64,000 bases of DNA from Eledone cirrhosa (GCA_964016885.1 OZ024741.1:114080001-114144000), one strand, 5' to 3'. Counted from the stretch's first letter, positions 32,532 to 50,000 are shown. Notes: a model not told the origin generated them from the letters alone. A program made the numbers and translations.

Positions 32532-35042
32532 AGGTGACAACACTTTGGACCTACTATTCACCACTACTCCTGAAACGGTCATTAGTGTTACTGCTGAGGA
32601 ACCTTTAGGGAACTCTGATCATGCTATGATCATTGCCAATCTATCCCCCATAGGCAGTAACAAGAACCACAACCATCTCCAAACTGCTCACTTTGACTGG
32701 AATAAAGCAGACTGGAACTGTTACTGCACCAAGTTGCAACGGCCAAACTGGCTTGAGTTCTACAACTCTGCAGATGTCAACACTGTACTCCAGAACATCC
32801 TGAGCTCAATATGGACGGCATGTGCAGCATCGGTGACACGTAAGCGGAAAAAACATCCCAAAAGTGCAATTTGGGAGACTGCAGCAGTCCGTCTTGCCAG
32901 AAAAGAACGGCGCAGTGCTGAACGTGAGTACAAACTTCACAACTCAGACATTAATAGGAAGAGGCGAAATAGATCGTCCAACCACCTGTGACAAACAGGT
33001 GACAAAAAAGGCAGTGCTTCAACTTGAGCAGCGCATAGCAACCAGCCCTGACAGTAAGGTGTTCTGGAAGTATGTTCACTCAAAGCAGAGGCCTCACTCT
33101 CCAGTTGGTCCTCTTCGCAATCCCCACACAAGCCAGGTTACTGATGACCCCAAGAAATATGCAGAGCTCATTGCTGAATGCTATGCAGGCATTTTCACTA
33201 TTGAAAACCAGAGTGTACCATCTCCACCACCTATGACACCGGACTCTATTACAACCATGGAATTTACACCTGCAATGCTGCGACGTCACCTAAAAAATAA
33301 ATGCAACCATGCCTCTCCTGGTCTTGATGGTGTTACGTACCTGCTTCTTAAACGTGGTGGGTACTTCCTTCTGCACCAGTTATCACGCTTCTTCCAATTC
33401 TGTCTGAACAACAGTGCTACTCCAGAACAGTGGAAAACTGCCAGTGTCATTCCTCTGTTCAAAAAGGATGACCGCACATTACCTGTGAACTATCGTCCAG
33501 TCAGTCTTACTAGTTGCATCGCCAAACTGATGGAATCCTGTGTCAGAGAAACACTTTGGAACTTCTGGAGCTCTCACAGTCTTATCCGGCCCTCGCAATT
33601 TGGATTTATCCCCAACTCCAGCTGCTGGGATCAACTTACAGAGTTTCTTGAGGACATCACCCGGATCACTGATGGCGGCTCATGGGTGGATGTTGTTTAC
33701 CTTGACTTTGCAAAAGCCTTCAATTCTGTGCCACACTAAAGGCTTATGGCAAAACTCTCTGCAATGGGTGTGAAGGATGATCTTTTTAACTGGTTGAAGT
33801 CCTTCATTCTCAGTCGAAGAGAGGTAGTCACGGTTCTGGGACAGCATTCTTCATCATATGAGATGTCATCTGGTGTACCACAGGGATCTGTTCTTGGCTC
33901 CCTTTTGTTTGTGGCATATACTAATGACATAGATGCCAACTTAAAGAATGCCACAGTACTAAAGTACGCAGACGACATCAAGCTGTACCTTGAGATAAAA
34001 AGGACAGATCCTGAACACTATAGATCTTGCTTGCAGTCTGACCTGGACACAATGCAACAATGGATCTCAGACTGGCAACTCAAGCTAGCTGTGGACAAGT
34101 GCACCACCATGCATTTTGGGAGTAAAAACCCAGTGTCCACATACTCTCGCCACAGAATTAATATCAAGAAGTCTTCTTGTGAACGTGACCTGGGCATTAC
34201 GGTCAGCAGCGATTTGCGTTGGACGAGGCACGTCTCTAAAATTGTCAAGAGGGCCGAGGGTGTCTTATTATCACTCAGCAAGACCTTTGTCAGCCGCTCT
34301 CCAGATATCTATTTAAGGCTGTATACAGCTATGGTGCGACCACACTTAGAATTTACATCACCAGTCTGGAACCCCTATCTTGCTCAGAACATTGACCGCC
34401 TGGAAACTGTTCAGAGACGTGCAACCAAGCGAATACCCTCCATCAGGCATCTACCATACTCTGAGCGCCTTGCTTCCCTGGGCATGGATACGTTGAAGCC
34501 CCGACGCCTGGCAACTGACTTGGTAAACACCCCAAAAATTGTTAACCATGTTGCCAACAACAACCCTGAGTACCTTTTTGATTTCCATGTGTCTAACACA
34601 CGTGGACATGCCCACAAAGTCAGAAAACAGCACAGTTCCCATGACTTTCGGAAACGTTTTTTTACGCTCAGAGTTGCTGAAGCATGGAACAAACTACCTG
34701 CATCAGTTGTTAGCTGCCGAGACACTGCATCCTTTAAGGCCTCCATGCTTCCCGAGATCCGCCAACACTACAGCTAATGTTCCCTCTCTATACACATACC
34801 CACATGTATACCCTGACTCATACACTATTCACTTCCCTGACATTTGTGTATTATTCTACCCGCCGAGGTTGACTTTGCCTTTCATCCTTACAGGGTCGAT
34901 AAAATAAAGTACCAGTAATGCACTGGTTAATTGCTGGCCTTGTGCCTAAAGTAGAAACAATTATTCTATGTACTATACATACGCCTTGGACAAATTGTAG
35001 TGCACCTGAGCACTTTACACAATAATTTCATTATTATTATTT
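32530..35042 (+). mobile_element. 5'-truncated CR1-clade LINE inserted in the minisatellite
   Basis: RGDNTLDLLFT..PLGNSDH (end of EN), NYRPVSLTS, QFGF, DVVYLDFAKAFNSVPH, SGVPQGSVLG, LKYADDIKL, VRPHLE, VQRRATK, NTRGH, FFTLRVAEAWNKLP. Frameshift near 32990, stop at 33737, (ATT)n tail near 35030-35041. Confidence 0.93.
34859..34967 (+). mobile_element. Truncated SINE nested in the CR1 3' UTR
   Basis: Same family as 28531-28646; ATTATTCTA on both sides (34850-34858 and 34960-34968). Confidence 0.8.
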
Positions 35043-38000
35043 TACACCCAGGACTACACAGAAACTTCTACATATACCCAGAACCACACACACTTCTACA
35101 TACACCCAGGACCACACACACTTCTACATACACCCAGGACCACACAGAAACTTCTACATATACCCAGAACCACACAGAAACTTCTACATATACCCAGAAC
35201 CACACACACTTCTACATACACCCAGAACCACACAGCAACTTCTACATACACCCAGAACCACACAGAAACTTCTACATACACCCAGAACCACACAGAAACT
35301 TCTACATACACCCAGAACCACACAGAAACTTCTACATATACCCAGAACCACACAGAAACTTCTACATACACCCAGAACCACACAGAAACTTCTACATATA
35401 CCCAGAACCACACAGAAACTTCTACATACAGCCAGAACCACACAGAAACTTCTACATATACCCAGAACCACACACACTTCTACATATACCCAGAACCACA
35501 CAAAAACTTCTACATACACCCAGAACCACACACACACTTCTACATACACCCAGAATCACTCACACTTCTACATACACCCAGAACCACACACACTTCTACA
35601 TATACCCAGAACCACACACACACTTCTAAATACACCCAGAACCACACAGAGACTTCTACATACACCCAGGACCACACAGAAACCTCTACATATACCCAGA
35701 ACCACACAGAAACTTCTACATATACCCAGAACCACACAGAAACTTCTACATACACCCAGAACCACACAGAAACCTCTACATATACCCAGAACCACACAGC
35801 AACTTCTACATATACCCAGAACCACACAGAAACTTCTACATATACCCAGAACCACACAGAAACTTCTACATACACCCAGGACCACACAGAAACTTCTACA
35901 TACACCCAGAACCACACAGAAACTTCTACATATACCCAGAACCACACAGAGACTTCTACATACACCCAGGACCATACACACTTCTACATACACCCAGAAC
36001 CACACGGAAACTTCTACATATTCCCAGAACCACACAGAGACTTCTACATACACCCAGAACCACACACACGTCTACATACACCCAGAAGCACACAGAAACT
36101 TCTACATATACCCAGAACCACACAGAAACTTCTACATACACCCAGAACCACACAGAAACCTCTACATATACCCAGAACCACACAGCAACTTCTACATATA
36201 CCCAGAACCACACAGAAACTTCTACATATACCCAGAACCACACAGAAACTTCTACATACACCCAGGACCACACAGAAACTTCTACATACACCCAGAACCA
36301 CACAGAAACTTCTACATATACCCAGAACCACACAGAGACTTCTACATACACCCAGGACCATACACACTTCTACATACACCCAGAACCACACAGAAACTTC
36401 TACATATTCCCAGAACCACACAGAGACTTCTACATACACCCAGAACCACACACACTTCTACATACACCCAGAAGCACACAGAAACTTCTACATATACCCA
36501 GAACCACACAGAAACTTCTACATATACCCAGAACCACACAGAAACTTCTACATATACCCTGAACCACACAGAAACTTCTACATACACCCAGAACCACACA
36601 GAAACTTCTACATACACTCAGAACCAAACAGAAACTTCTACATATACCCAGAACCACACAGAAACTTCTACATACACCCAGAACCACACAGAAACTTCTA
36701 CATACACCCAGAACCAAACAGAAACTTCTACATATACCCAGAACCACACAGAAACTTCTACATACACCCAGAACCACACAGAAACTTCTAAATATAGACA
36801 GAACCACACAGAAACTTCTACATATACCCAGGATCACACAGAAACTTCTACATATACCCAGGATCACACACACACTTCTACATATACCCATATCCACACA
36901 GAGACTTCTACATATACCCAGAAGCACACACACTTCTACATATACCCAGAACCACACAGAAACTTCTACATACACCCAGGACCACACAGAATCTTCTATA
37001 TACACCCTGGACCAAACAGAAACTTCTACATATACCCAGAACCACACAGAAACTTCTATATACACCCAGGACCACACAGAAACTTCTATATACACCCAGG
37101 ACCAAACAGAAACTTCTACATATACCCAGGACCAAACAGAAACTTCTATATACACCCAGGACCAAACAGAAACTTCTATATATACCCAGGACCAAACAGA
37201 AAGTTCTACATACACCCAGAACCACACAGAAACTTCTACATATACCCAGGACCAAACAGAAACTTCTACATATACCCAGGACCAAACAGAAACTTCTATA
37301 TACACCCAGGACCAAACAGAAACTTCTATATATACCCAGGACCAAACAGAAACTTCTACATATACCCAGAACCACACAGAAATTTCTACATGTACCCAGG
37401 ACCAAACAGAAACTTCTATATACACCCAGGACCAAACAGAAACTTCTATATACACCCAGGACCAAACAGAAACTTCTACATATACCCAGAACCACACAGA
37501 AACATCTGCATACACCCAGGACCACACACACTTCTACATACACCCAGAACCACACAGAAACTTCTACATACACCCAGAACCACACAGAAACCTCTACATA
37601 CACCCAGAACCACACAGAAACTTCTACATACACCCAGAACCACACAGAAACTTCTACATATACCCAGAACCACACAGAAACTTCTAAATATACCCAGAAC
37701 CACACAGAAACTTCTACATATACCCAGGATCACACAGAAACTTCTACATATACCCAGGATCACACACACACTTCTACATATACCCAGATCCACACAGGGA
37801 CTTCTACATATACCCAGAAGCACACACACTTCTACATATACCCAGAACCACACAGAAACTTCTACATACACCCAGGACCAAACAGAAACTTCTACATACA
37901 CCCAGAACCACACAGAAACTTCTACATATACCCAGGACCAAACAGAAACTTCTACATATACCCAGGACCAAACAGAAACTTCTATATACACCCAGGACCA

Positions 38001-41000
38001 AACAGAAACGTCTATATATACCCAGGACCAAACAGAAACTTCTACATATACCCAGAACGACACAGAAATTTCTACATGTACCCAGGACCAAACAGAAACT
38101 TCTATATACACCCAGGACCAAACAGAAACTTCTATATACACCCAGGACCAAACAGAAACTTCTACATATACCCAGAACGACACAGAAACTTCTACATACA
38201 CCCAGGACCACACACACTTCTACATGCACCCAGAACCACACAGAAACTTCTACATACACCCAGAACCATACAGAAACCTCTACATACACCCAGAACCACA
38301 CAGAAACTTCTACATATACCCAGAACCACACAGAAACTTCTACATATACCCAGAACCACACAGAAACTTCTACATACTCCCAGAAACACACAGAAACTTC
38401 TACATACACCTAGAACCACACACACTTCTACAGATACCCAGAACCACACAGAGACTTCTACATATACCCAGAACCACAAAGAAACTTCTACATATACCCA
38501 GAACCACACAGAAACTTCTATATACATCCAGGACCACACAGCAACTTCTACATACACCCAGAACCACACAGAAACTTCTACATACACCCAGAACCACACA
38601 GAAACTTCTACATACACCCAGAACCACACAGAAACTTCTACATATACCCAGAACCACACAGAAACTTCTACATACACCCAGAACCACACAGAAACTTCTA
38701 TATATACCCAGGACCAAACAGAAACTTCTACATACACCCAGAACCTTCTACATATACCCAGGACCAAACAGAAACTTCTACATATACCCAGGACCAAACA
38801 GAAACTTCTATATACACCCAGGACCAAACAGAAACTTCTATATACACCCAGAACCACACAGAAACTTCTACATATACCCAGAACCACACAGAAACTTCTA
38901 CATATGCCCAGAACCACACACACTTCTACATATACTCAGAACCACACAGAAACTTCTACATACACCCAGAAGCACACAGAAACTTCTACATATACCCAGA
39001 ACCACACAGAAACTTCTACATATACCCAGAACCACACACACTTCTACATATACCCAGAACCACACAGAAACTTCTATATACACCCAGGACCAAACAGAAA
39101 CTTCTATATACACCCAGGATCAAACAGAAAGTTCTACATATGCCCAGAACCACACAGAAACTTCTACATACACCCAGAACCACACAGAAACCTCTACATA
39201 CACCCAGAACCACACAGAAACTTCTACATACACCCAGAACCACACAGAAACTTCTACATATACCCAGAACCACACACACTTCTACATATACTCAGAACCA
39301 CACAGAAACTTCTACATACACCCAGAAGCACACAGAAACTTCTACATATACCCAGAACCACACAGAAACTTCTACATACAGCCAGAACCACACAGAAACT
39401 TCTACATATACCCAGAACCACACAGAAACTTCTACATATACCCAGAACCACACACACTTCTACATATACTCAGAACCACACAGAAACTTCTACATACACC
39501 CAGAAGCACACAGAAACTTCTACATATACCCAGAACCACACAGAAACTTCTACATATACCCAGAACCACACACACTTCTACATATACCCAGAACCACACA
39601 GAAACTTCTACATACACCCAGAACCACACACACTTCTACATACACCCAGAATCACTCACACTTCTACATACACCCAGAACCACACACACTTCTACATATA
39701 CCCAGAACCACACACACACTTCTAAATACACCCAGAACCACACAGAGACTTCTACATACACCCAGGACCACACAGAAACCTCTACATATACCCAGAACCA
39801 CACAGGAACTTCTACATATACCCAGAACCACACAGAAACTTCTACATACACCCAGAACCACACAGAAACCTCTATATATACCCAGAACCACACAGAAACC
39901 TCTACATATACCCAGGATCACACAGAAACTTCTACATATACCCAGGATCACACACACACTTCTACATATACCCAGATCCACACAGAGACTTCTACATATA
40001 CCCAGAAGGACACACACTTCTACATATACCCAGAACCACACAGAAACTTCTACATACACCCAGGACCACACAGAATCTTCTATATACACCCAGGACCACA
40101 CAGAAACTTCTACATATACCCAGAACCACACAGAAACTTCTATATACACCCAGGACCACACAGAAACTTCTATATACACCCAGGACCAAACAGAAACTTC
40201 TACATATACCCAGGACCAAACAGAAACTTCTACATACACCCAGAACCACACAGAAACTTCTACATATACCCAGGACCAAACAGAAACTTCTACATATACC
40301 CAGGACCAAACAGAAACTTCTATATACACCCAGGACCAAACAGAAACTTCTATATATACCCAGGACCAAACAGAAACTTCTACATATACCCAGAACCACA
40401 CAGAAATTTCTACATGTACCCAGGACCAAACAGAAACGTCTATATACACCCAGGACCAAACAGAAACTTCTATATACACCCAAGACCAAACAGAAACTTC
40501 TACATATACCCAGAACCACACAGAAACTTCTACATACACCCAGGACCACACACACTTCTACATACACCCAGAACCATACAGAAACCTCTACATACACCCA
40601 GAACCACACAGAAACTTCTACATATACACAGAACCACACATAAACTTCTACATACACCCAGAACCACACAGAAACTTCTACATATACCCAGAACCACACA
40701 GAAACTTCTACATATACCCAGAACCACACAGAAACTTCTACATATACCCAGAACCACACAGAAACTTCTACATATACCCAGGATCACACAGAAACTTCTA
40801 CATATACCCAGAACCACACAGAAACTTCTACATACACCCAGAACCACACAGAAACTTCTACATATACCCAGAACTACACAGAAACTTCTACATATATCCA
40901 GAACCACAGAAACTTGTACATATACCCAGAACGACACAGAAACTTCTACATATACCCAGAAACACACAGAAACTTCTACATACATCCAGGATCACACAGA

Positions 41001-44000
41001 AACTTCTACATACACCCAGGATCACACACACTTCTACATATACCCAGAAACACACAGAAACTTCTACATATACCCAGAACAACACAGAAACTTCTACATA
41101 TACCCAGAACCACACAGAAACTTCTACATATACCCAGAACCACACAGAAACTTCTACATATACACAGAACCACACAGAAACTTCTACATACACCCAGAAA
41201 CACACAGAAACTTCTACATACACCCAGAACCACACACACACTTCTTCATACACCCAGAACCACACACACTTCTACATACACCCAGGACCACACACACTTC
41301 TACATATACCCAGAACCACACAGAGACTTCTACATATACCCAGAACCACACAGAAACTTCTACATACACCCAGAACCACACAGAAACTTCTACATACACC
41401 CAGAACCAAACAGAAACTTTTACATATACCCAGAACCACACAGAAACTTCTACATACACCCAGAACCGCACAGAAACTTCTACATACACCCAGAACCAAA
41501 CATAAACTTCTACATATACCCAGAACCACACAGAGACTTCTACATATACCCAGAAGCACACACACTTCTACATATACCCAGAACCACACAGAAACTTCTA
41601 CATACACCCAGGACCACACAGAATCTTCTATATACACCTTGGACCAAACAGAAACTTCTACATATACCCAGAACCACACAGAAACTTCTATATACACCCA
41701 GGACCACACAGAAACTTCTATATACACCCAGGACCAAACAGAAACTTCTACATATACCCAGGACCAAACAGAAACTTCTATATACACCCAGGACCAAACA
41801 GAAACTTCTATATACACCCAGGACCACACAGAAACTTCGATATACACCCAGGACCAAACAGAAACTTCTATATATACCCAGGACCAAACAGAAACTTCTA
41901 CATACACCCAGAACCACACAGAAACTTCTACATATACCCAGGACCAAACAGAAACTTCTACATATACCCAGGACCAAACAGAAACTTCTATATACACCCA
42001 GGACCAAACAGAAACGTCTATATATACCCAGGACCAAACAGAAACTTCTACATATACCCAGAACGACACAGAAATTTCTACATGTACCCAGGACCAAACA
42101 GAAACTTCTATATACACCCAGGACCAAACAGAAACTTCTATATACACCCAGGACCAAACAGAAACTTCTACATATACCCAGAACCACACAGAAACTTCTG
42201 CATACACCCAGGACCACACACACTTCTACATACACCCAGAACCACACAGAAACTTCTACATACACCCAGAATCACACAGAAACCTCTACGTACACCCAGA
42301 ACCACACAGAAACTTCTACATACACCCAGAACCACACAGAAACTTCTACATATACCCAGAACCACACAGAAACTTCTAAATATACCCAGAACCACACAGA
42401 AACTTCTACATATACCCAGGATCACACAGAAACTTCTACATATACCCAGGATCACACACACACTTCTACATATACCCAGATCCACACAGGGACTTCTACA
42501 TATACCCAGAAGCACACACACTTCTACATATACCCAGAACCACACAGAAACTTCTACATACACCCAGGACCACACAGAATCTTCTATATACACCCAGGAC
42601 CACACAGAAACTTCTACATATACCCAGAACCACACAGAAACTTCTATATACACCCAGGACCACACAGAAACTTCTATATACACCCAGGACCACACAGAAA
42701 CTTCGATATACACCCAGGACCAAACAGAAACTTCTATATATACCCAGGACCAAACAGAAACTTCTACATACACCCAGAACCACACAGAAACTTCTACATA
42801 TACCCAGGACCAAACAGAAACTTCTACATATACCCAGGACCAAACAGAAACTTCTATATACACCCAGGACCAAACAGAAACGTCTATATATACCCAGGAC
42901 CAAACAGAAACTTCTACATATACCCAGAACGACACAGAAATTTCTACATGTACCCAGGACCAAACAGAAACTTCTATATACACCCAGGACCAAACAGAAA
43001 CTTCTATATACACCCAGGACCAAACAGAAACTTCTACATATACCCAGAACCACACAGAAACTTCTACATACACCCAGGACCACACACACTTCTACATGCA
43101 CCCAGAACCACACAGAAACTTCTACATACACCCAGAACCATACAGAAACCTCTACATACACCCAGAACCACACAGAAACTTCTACATATACCCAGAACCA
43201 CACAGAAACTTCTACATATACCCAGAACCACACAGAAACTTCTACATACTCCCAGAAACACACAGAAACTTCTACATACACCTAGAACCACACACACTTC
43301 TACATATACCCAGAACAACACAGAAACTTCTACATATACCCAGAACCACACAGAAACTTCTACATACACCCAGAACCACACAGAAACCTCTATATATACC
43401 CAGAACCACACAGAAACTTCTACATATACCCAGGATCACACAGAAACTTCTACATATACCCAGGATCACACACACACTTCTACATATACCCAGATCCACA
43501 CAGAGACTTCTACATATACCCAGAAGGACACACACTTCTACATATACCCAGAACCACACAGAAACTTCTACATACACCCAGGACCACACAGAATCTTCTA
43601 TATACACCCAGGACCACACAGAAACTTCTACATATACCCAGAACCACACAGAAACTTCTATATACACCCAGGACCACACAGAAACTTCTATATACACCCA
43701 GGACCAAACAGAAACTTCTACATATACCCAGGACCAAACAGAAACTTCTACATACACCCAGAACCACACAGAAACTTCTACATATACCCAGGACCAAACA
43801 GAAACTTCTACATATACCCAGGACCAAACAGAAACTTCTATATACACCCAGGACCAAACAGAAACTTCTATATATACCCAGGACCAAACAGAAACTTCTA
43901 CATATACCCAGAACCACACAGAAATTTCTACATGTACCCAGGACCAAACAGAAACGTCTATATACACCCAGGACCAAACAGAAACTTCTATATACACCCA

Positions 44001-47000
44001 GGACCAAACAGAAACTTCTACATATACCCAGAACCACACAGAAACTTCTACATACACCCAGGACCACACACACTTCTACATACACCCAGAACCATACAGA
44101 AACCTCTACATACACCCAGAACCAAACAGAAACTTCTACATATACACAGAACCACACATAAACTTCTACATACACCCAGAACCACACAGAAACTTCTACA
44201 TATACCCAGAACCACACAGAAACTTCTACATATACCCAGAACCACACAGAAACTTCTACATATACCCAGAACCACACAGAAACTTCTACATATACCCAGG
44301 ATCACACAGAAACTTCTACATATACCCAGAACCACACAGAAACTTCTACATACACCCAGAACCACACAGAAACTTCTACATATACCCAGAACTACACAGA
44401 AACTTCTACATATACCCAGAACCACAGAAACTTGTACATATACCCAGAACGACACAGAAACTTCTACATATACCCAGAAACACACAGAAACTTCTACATA
44501 CACCCAGGATCACACAGAAACTTCTACATACACCCAGGATCACACACACTTCTACATATACCCAGAAACACACAGAAACTTCTACATATACCCAGAACCA
44601 CACAGAAACTTCTACATATACCCAGAACCACACAGAAACTTCTACATATACCCAGAACCACACAGAAACTTCTACATATACCTAGAACCACACAGAAACT
44701 TCTACATACACCCAGAAACACACAGAAACTTCTACATACACCCAGAACCACACACACACTTCTTCATACAGCCAGAACCACACACACTTCTACATACACC
44801 CAGGACCACACACACTTCTACATATACCCAGAACCACACAGAGACTTCTACATACACCCAGAACCACACAGAAACTTCTACATACACCCAGAACCAAACA
44901 GAAACTTTTACATATACCCAGAACCACACAGAAACTTCTACATACACCCAGAACCGCACAGAAACTTCTACATACACCCAGAACCAAACAGAAACTTCTA
45001 CATATACCCAGAACCACACAGAAACTTCTACATACACCCAGAACCACACAGAAACTTCTACATATACCCAGAACCACACAGAAACTTCTACATATACCCA
45101 GGATCACAGAGAAACTTCTACATATACCCAGGATCACACACACACTTCTACATATACCCAGATCCACACAGAGACTTCTACATATACCCAGAAGCACACA
45201 CACTTCTACATATACCCAGAACCACACAGAATCTTCTATATACACCCAGGACCACACAGAAATTTCTATATACACCCAGGACCAAACAGAAACTTCTACA
45301 TATACCCAGAACCACACATAAACTTCTACATATACCCAGAACCACACAGAAACTTCTACATATACCCAGGATCACACAGAAACTTCTACATATACCCAGA
45401 ACCACACAGAAACTTCTACATATAGCCAAAACTACACAGAAACTTCTACATATACCCAGGACCAAACAGAAACTTCTACATATACCCAGGACCAAACAGA
45501 AACTTCTATATACACCCAGGACCAAACAGAAACTTCTACATATACCCAGAACCACACAGAAACTTCTACATATACCCAGGATCACACAGAAACTTCTACA
45601 TATACCCTGAACCACACAGAAACTTCTACATACACCCAGAACCACACAGAAACTTCTACATACACCCAGAACCAAACAGAAACTTCTACATATACCCAGA
45701 ACCACATAGAAACTTCTACATACACCCAGAACCGCACAGAAACTTCTACATACACCCAGAACCAAACAGAAACTTCTACATATACCCAGAACCACACAGA
45801 AACTTCTACATACACCCAGAACCACACAGAAACCTCTACATACACCCAGAACCACACAGAAACTTCTACATATACCCAGGACCAAACAGAAACTTCTACA
45901 TACACCCAGAACCACACAGAAACTTCTACATATACCCAGGACCAAACAGAAACTTCTACATATACCCAGGACCAAACAGAAACTTCTATATACACCCAGG
46001 ACCAAACAGAAACTTCTATATATACCCAGGACCAAACAGAAACTTCTACATATACCCAGAACCACACAGAAATTTCTACATGTACCCAGGACCAAACAGA
46101 AACGTCTATATACACCCAGGACCAAACAGAAACTTCTATATACACCCAGGACCAAACAGAAACTTCTACATATACCCAGAACCACACAGAAACTTCTACA
46201 TACACCCAGGACCACACACACTTCTACATACACCCAGAACCATACAGAAACCTCTACATACACCCAGAACCAAACAGAAACTTCTACATATACACAGAAC
46301 CACACATAAACTTCTACATACACCCAGAACCACACAGAAACTTCTACATATACCCAGAACCACACAGAAACTTCTACATATACCCAGAACCACACAGAAA
46401 CTTCTACATATACCCAGAACCACACAGAAACTTCTACATATACCCAGGATCACACAGAAACTTCTACATATACCCAGAACCACACAGAAACTTCTACATA
46501 CACCCAGAACCACACAGAAACTTCTACATATACCCAGAACTACACAGAAACTTCTACATATACCCAGAACCACAGAAACTTGTACATATACCCAGAACGA
46601 CACAGAAACTTCTACATATACCCAGAAACACACAGAAACTTCTACATACACCCAGGATCACACAGAAACTTCTACATACACCCAGGATCACACACACTTC
46701 TACATATACCCAGAAACACACAGAAACTTCTACATATACCCAGAACCACACAGAAACTTCTACATATACCCAGAACCACACAGAAACTTCTACATATACC
46801 CAGAACCACACAGAAACTTCTACATATACCCAGAACCACACAGAAACTTCTACATACACCCAGAAACACACAGAAACTTCTACATACACCCAGAACCACA
46901 CACACACTTCTTCATACAGCCAGAACCACACACACTTCTACATACACCCAGGACCACACACACTTCTACATATACCCAGAACCACACAGAGACTTCTACA

Positions 47001-50000
47001 TACACCCAGAACCACACAGAAACTTCTACATACACCCAGAACCAAACAGAAACTTTTACATATACCCAGAACCACACAGAAACTTCTACATACACCCAGA
47101 ACCGCACAGAAACTTCTACATACACCCAGAACCAAACAGAAACTTCTACATATACCCAGAACCACACAGAAACTTCTACATACACCCAGAACCACACAGA
47201 AACTTCTACATATACCCAGAACCACACAGAAACTTCTACATATACCCAGGATCACACAGAAACTTCTACATATACCCAGGATCACACACACACTTCTACA
47301 TATACCCAGATCCACACAGAGACTTCTACATATACCCAGAAGCACACACACTTCTACATATACCCAGAACCACACAGAAACTTCTACATACATCCAGGAC
47401 CACACAGAATCTTCTATATACACCCAGGACCACACAGAAATTTCTATATACACCCAGGACCAAACAGAAACTTCTACATATACCCAGAACCACACATAAA
47501 CTTCTACATATACCCAGAACCACACAGAAACTTCTACATATACCCAGGATCACACAGAAACTTCTACATATACCCAGAACCACACAGAAACTTCTACATA
47601 TAGCCAAAACTACACAGAAACTTCTACATATACCCAGGACCAAACAGAAACTTCTACATATACCCAGGACCAAACAGAAACTTCTATATACACCCAGGAC
47701 CAAACAGAAACTTCTACATATACCCAGAACCACACAGAAACTTCTACATATACCCAGGATCACACAGAAACTTCTACATATACCCTGAACCACACAGAAA
47801 CTTCTACATACACCCAGAACCACACAGAAACTTCTACATACACCCAGAACCAAACAGAAACTTCTACATATACCCAGAACCACATAGAAACTTCTACATA
47901 CACCCAGAACCGCACAGAAACTTCTACATACACCCAGAACCAAACAGAAACTTCTACATATACCCAGAACCACACAGAAACTTCTACATACACCCAGAAC
48001 CACACAGAAACCTCTACATACACCCAGAACCACACAGAAACTTCTACATACACCCAGAACCACACAGAAACTTCTACATATACCCAGAACCACACACACT
48101 TCTACATATACTCAGAACCACACAGAAACTTCTACATACACCCAGAAGCACACAGAAACTTCTACATATACCCAGAACCACACAGAAACTTCTACATACA
48201 GCCAAAACCACACAGAAACTTCTACATATACCCAGAACCACACAGAAACTTCTACATATACCCAGAACCACACACACTTCTACATATACTCAGAACCACA
48301 CAGAAACTTCTACATACACCCAGAAGCACACAGAAACTTCTACATATACCCAGAACCACACAGAAACTTCTACATATACCCAGAACCACACACACTTCTA
48401 CATACACCCAGAACCACACACACTTCTACATACACCCAGAATCACTCACACTTCTACATACACCCAGAACCACACACACTTCTACATATACCCAGAACCA
48501 CACACACACTTCTAAATACACCCAGAACCACACAGAGACTTCTACATACACCCAGGACCACACAGAAACCTCTACATATACCCAGAACCACACAGGAACT
48601 TCTACATATACCCAGAACCACACAGAAACTTCTACATACACCCAGAACCACACAGAAACCTCTATATATACCCAGAACCACACAGAAACTTCTACATATA
48701 CCCAGGATCACACAGAAACTTCTACATATACCCAGGATCACACACACACTTCTACATATACCCAGATCCACACAGAGACTTCTACATATACCCAGAAGGA
48801 CACACACTTCTACATATACCCAGAACCACACAGAAACTTCTACATACACCCAGGACCACACAGAATCTTCTATATACACCCAGGACCACACAGAATCTTC
48901 TACATATACCCAGAACCACACAGAAACTTCTATATACACCCAGGACCACACAGAAACTTCTATATACACCCAATACACCCAGGACCAAACAGAAACTTCT
49001 ACATATACCCAGGACCAAACAGAAACTTCTACATACACCCAGAACCACACAGAAACTTCTACATATACCCAGGACCAAACAGAAACTTCTACATATACCC
49101 AGGACCAAACAGAAACTTCTATATACACCCAGGACCAAACAGAAACTTCTATATATACCCAGGACCAAACAGAAACTTCTACATATACCCAGAACCACAC
49201 AGAAATTTCTACATGTACCCAGGACCAAACAGAAACGTCTATATACACCCAGGACCAAACAGAAACTTCTATATACACCCAGGACCAAACAGAAACTTCT
49301 ACATATACCCAGAACCACACAGAAACTTCTACATACACCCAGGACCACACACACTTCTACATACACCCAGAACCATACAGAAACCTCTACATACACCCAG
49401 AACCAAACAGAAACTTCTACATATACACAGAACCACACATAAACTTCTACATACACCCAGAACCACACAGAAACTTCTACATATACCCAGAACCACACAG
49501 AAACTTCTACATATACCCAGAACCACACAGAAACTTCTACATATACCCAGAACCACACAGAAACTTCTACATATACCCAGGATCACACAGAAACTTCTAC
49601 ATATACCCAGAACCACACAGAAACTTCTACATACACCCAGAACCACACAGAAACTTCTACATATACCCAGAACTACACAGAAACTTCTACATATACCCAG
49701 AACCACAGAAACTTGTACATATACCCAGAACGACACAGAAACTTCTACATATACCCAGAAACACACAGAAACTTCTACATACACCCAGGATCACACAGAA
49801 ACTTCTACATACACCCAGGATCACACACACTTCTACATATACCCAGAAACACACAGAAACTTCTACATATACCCAGAACCACACAGAAACTTCTACATAT
49901 ACCCAGAACCACACAGAAACTTCTACATATACCCAGAACCACACAGAAACTTCTACATACACCCAGAAACACACAGAAACTTCTACATACACCCAGAACC

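Noticed and set aside
31732-32991. Novel repeat-endonuclease fusion protein
   Set aside because: Chance in-frame junction between stop-free minisatellite and a truncated CR1; only the last EN motifs are present and the ORF has a TTG start
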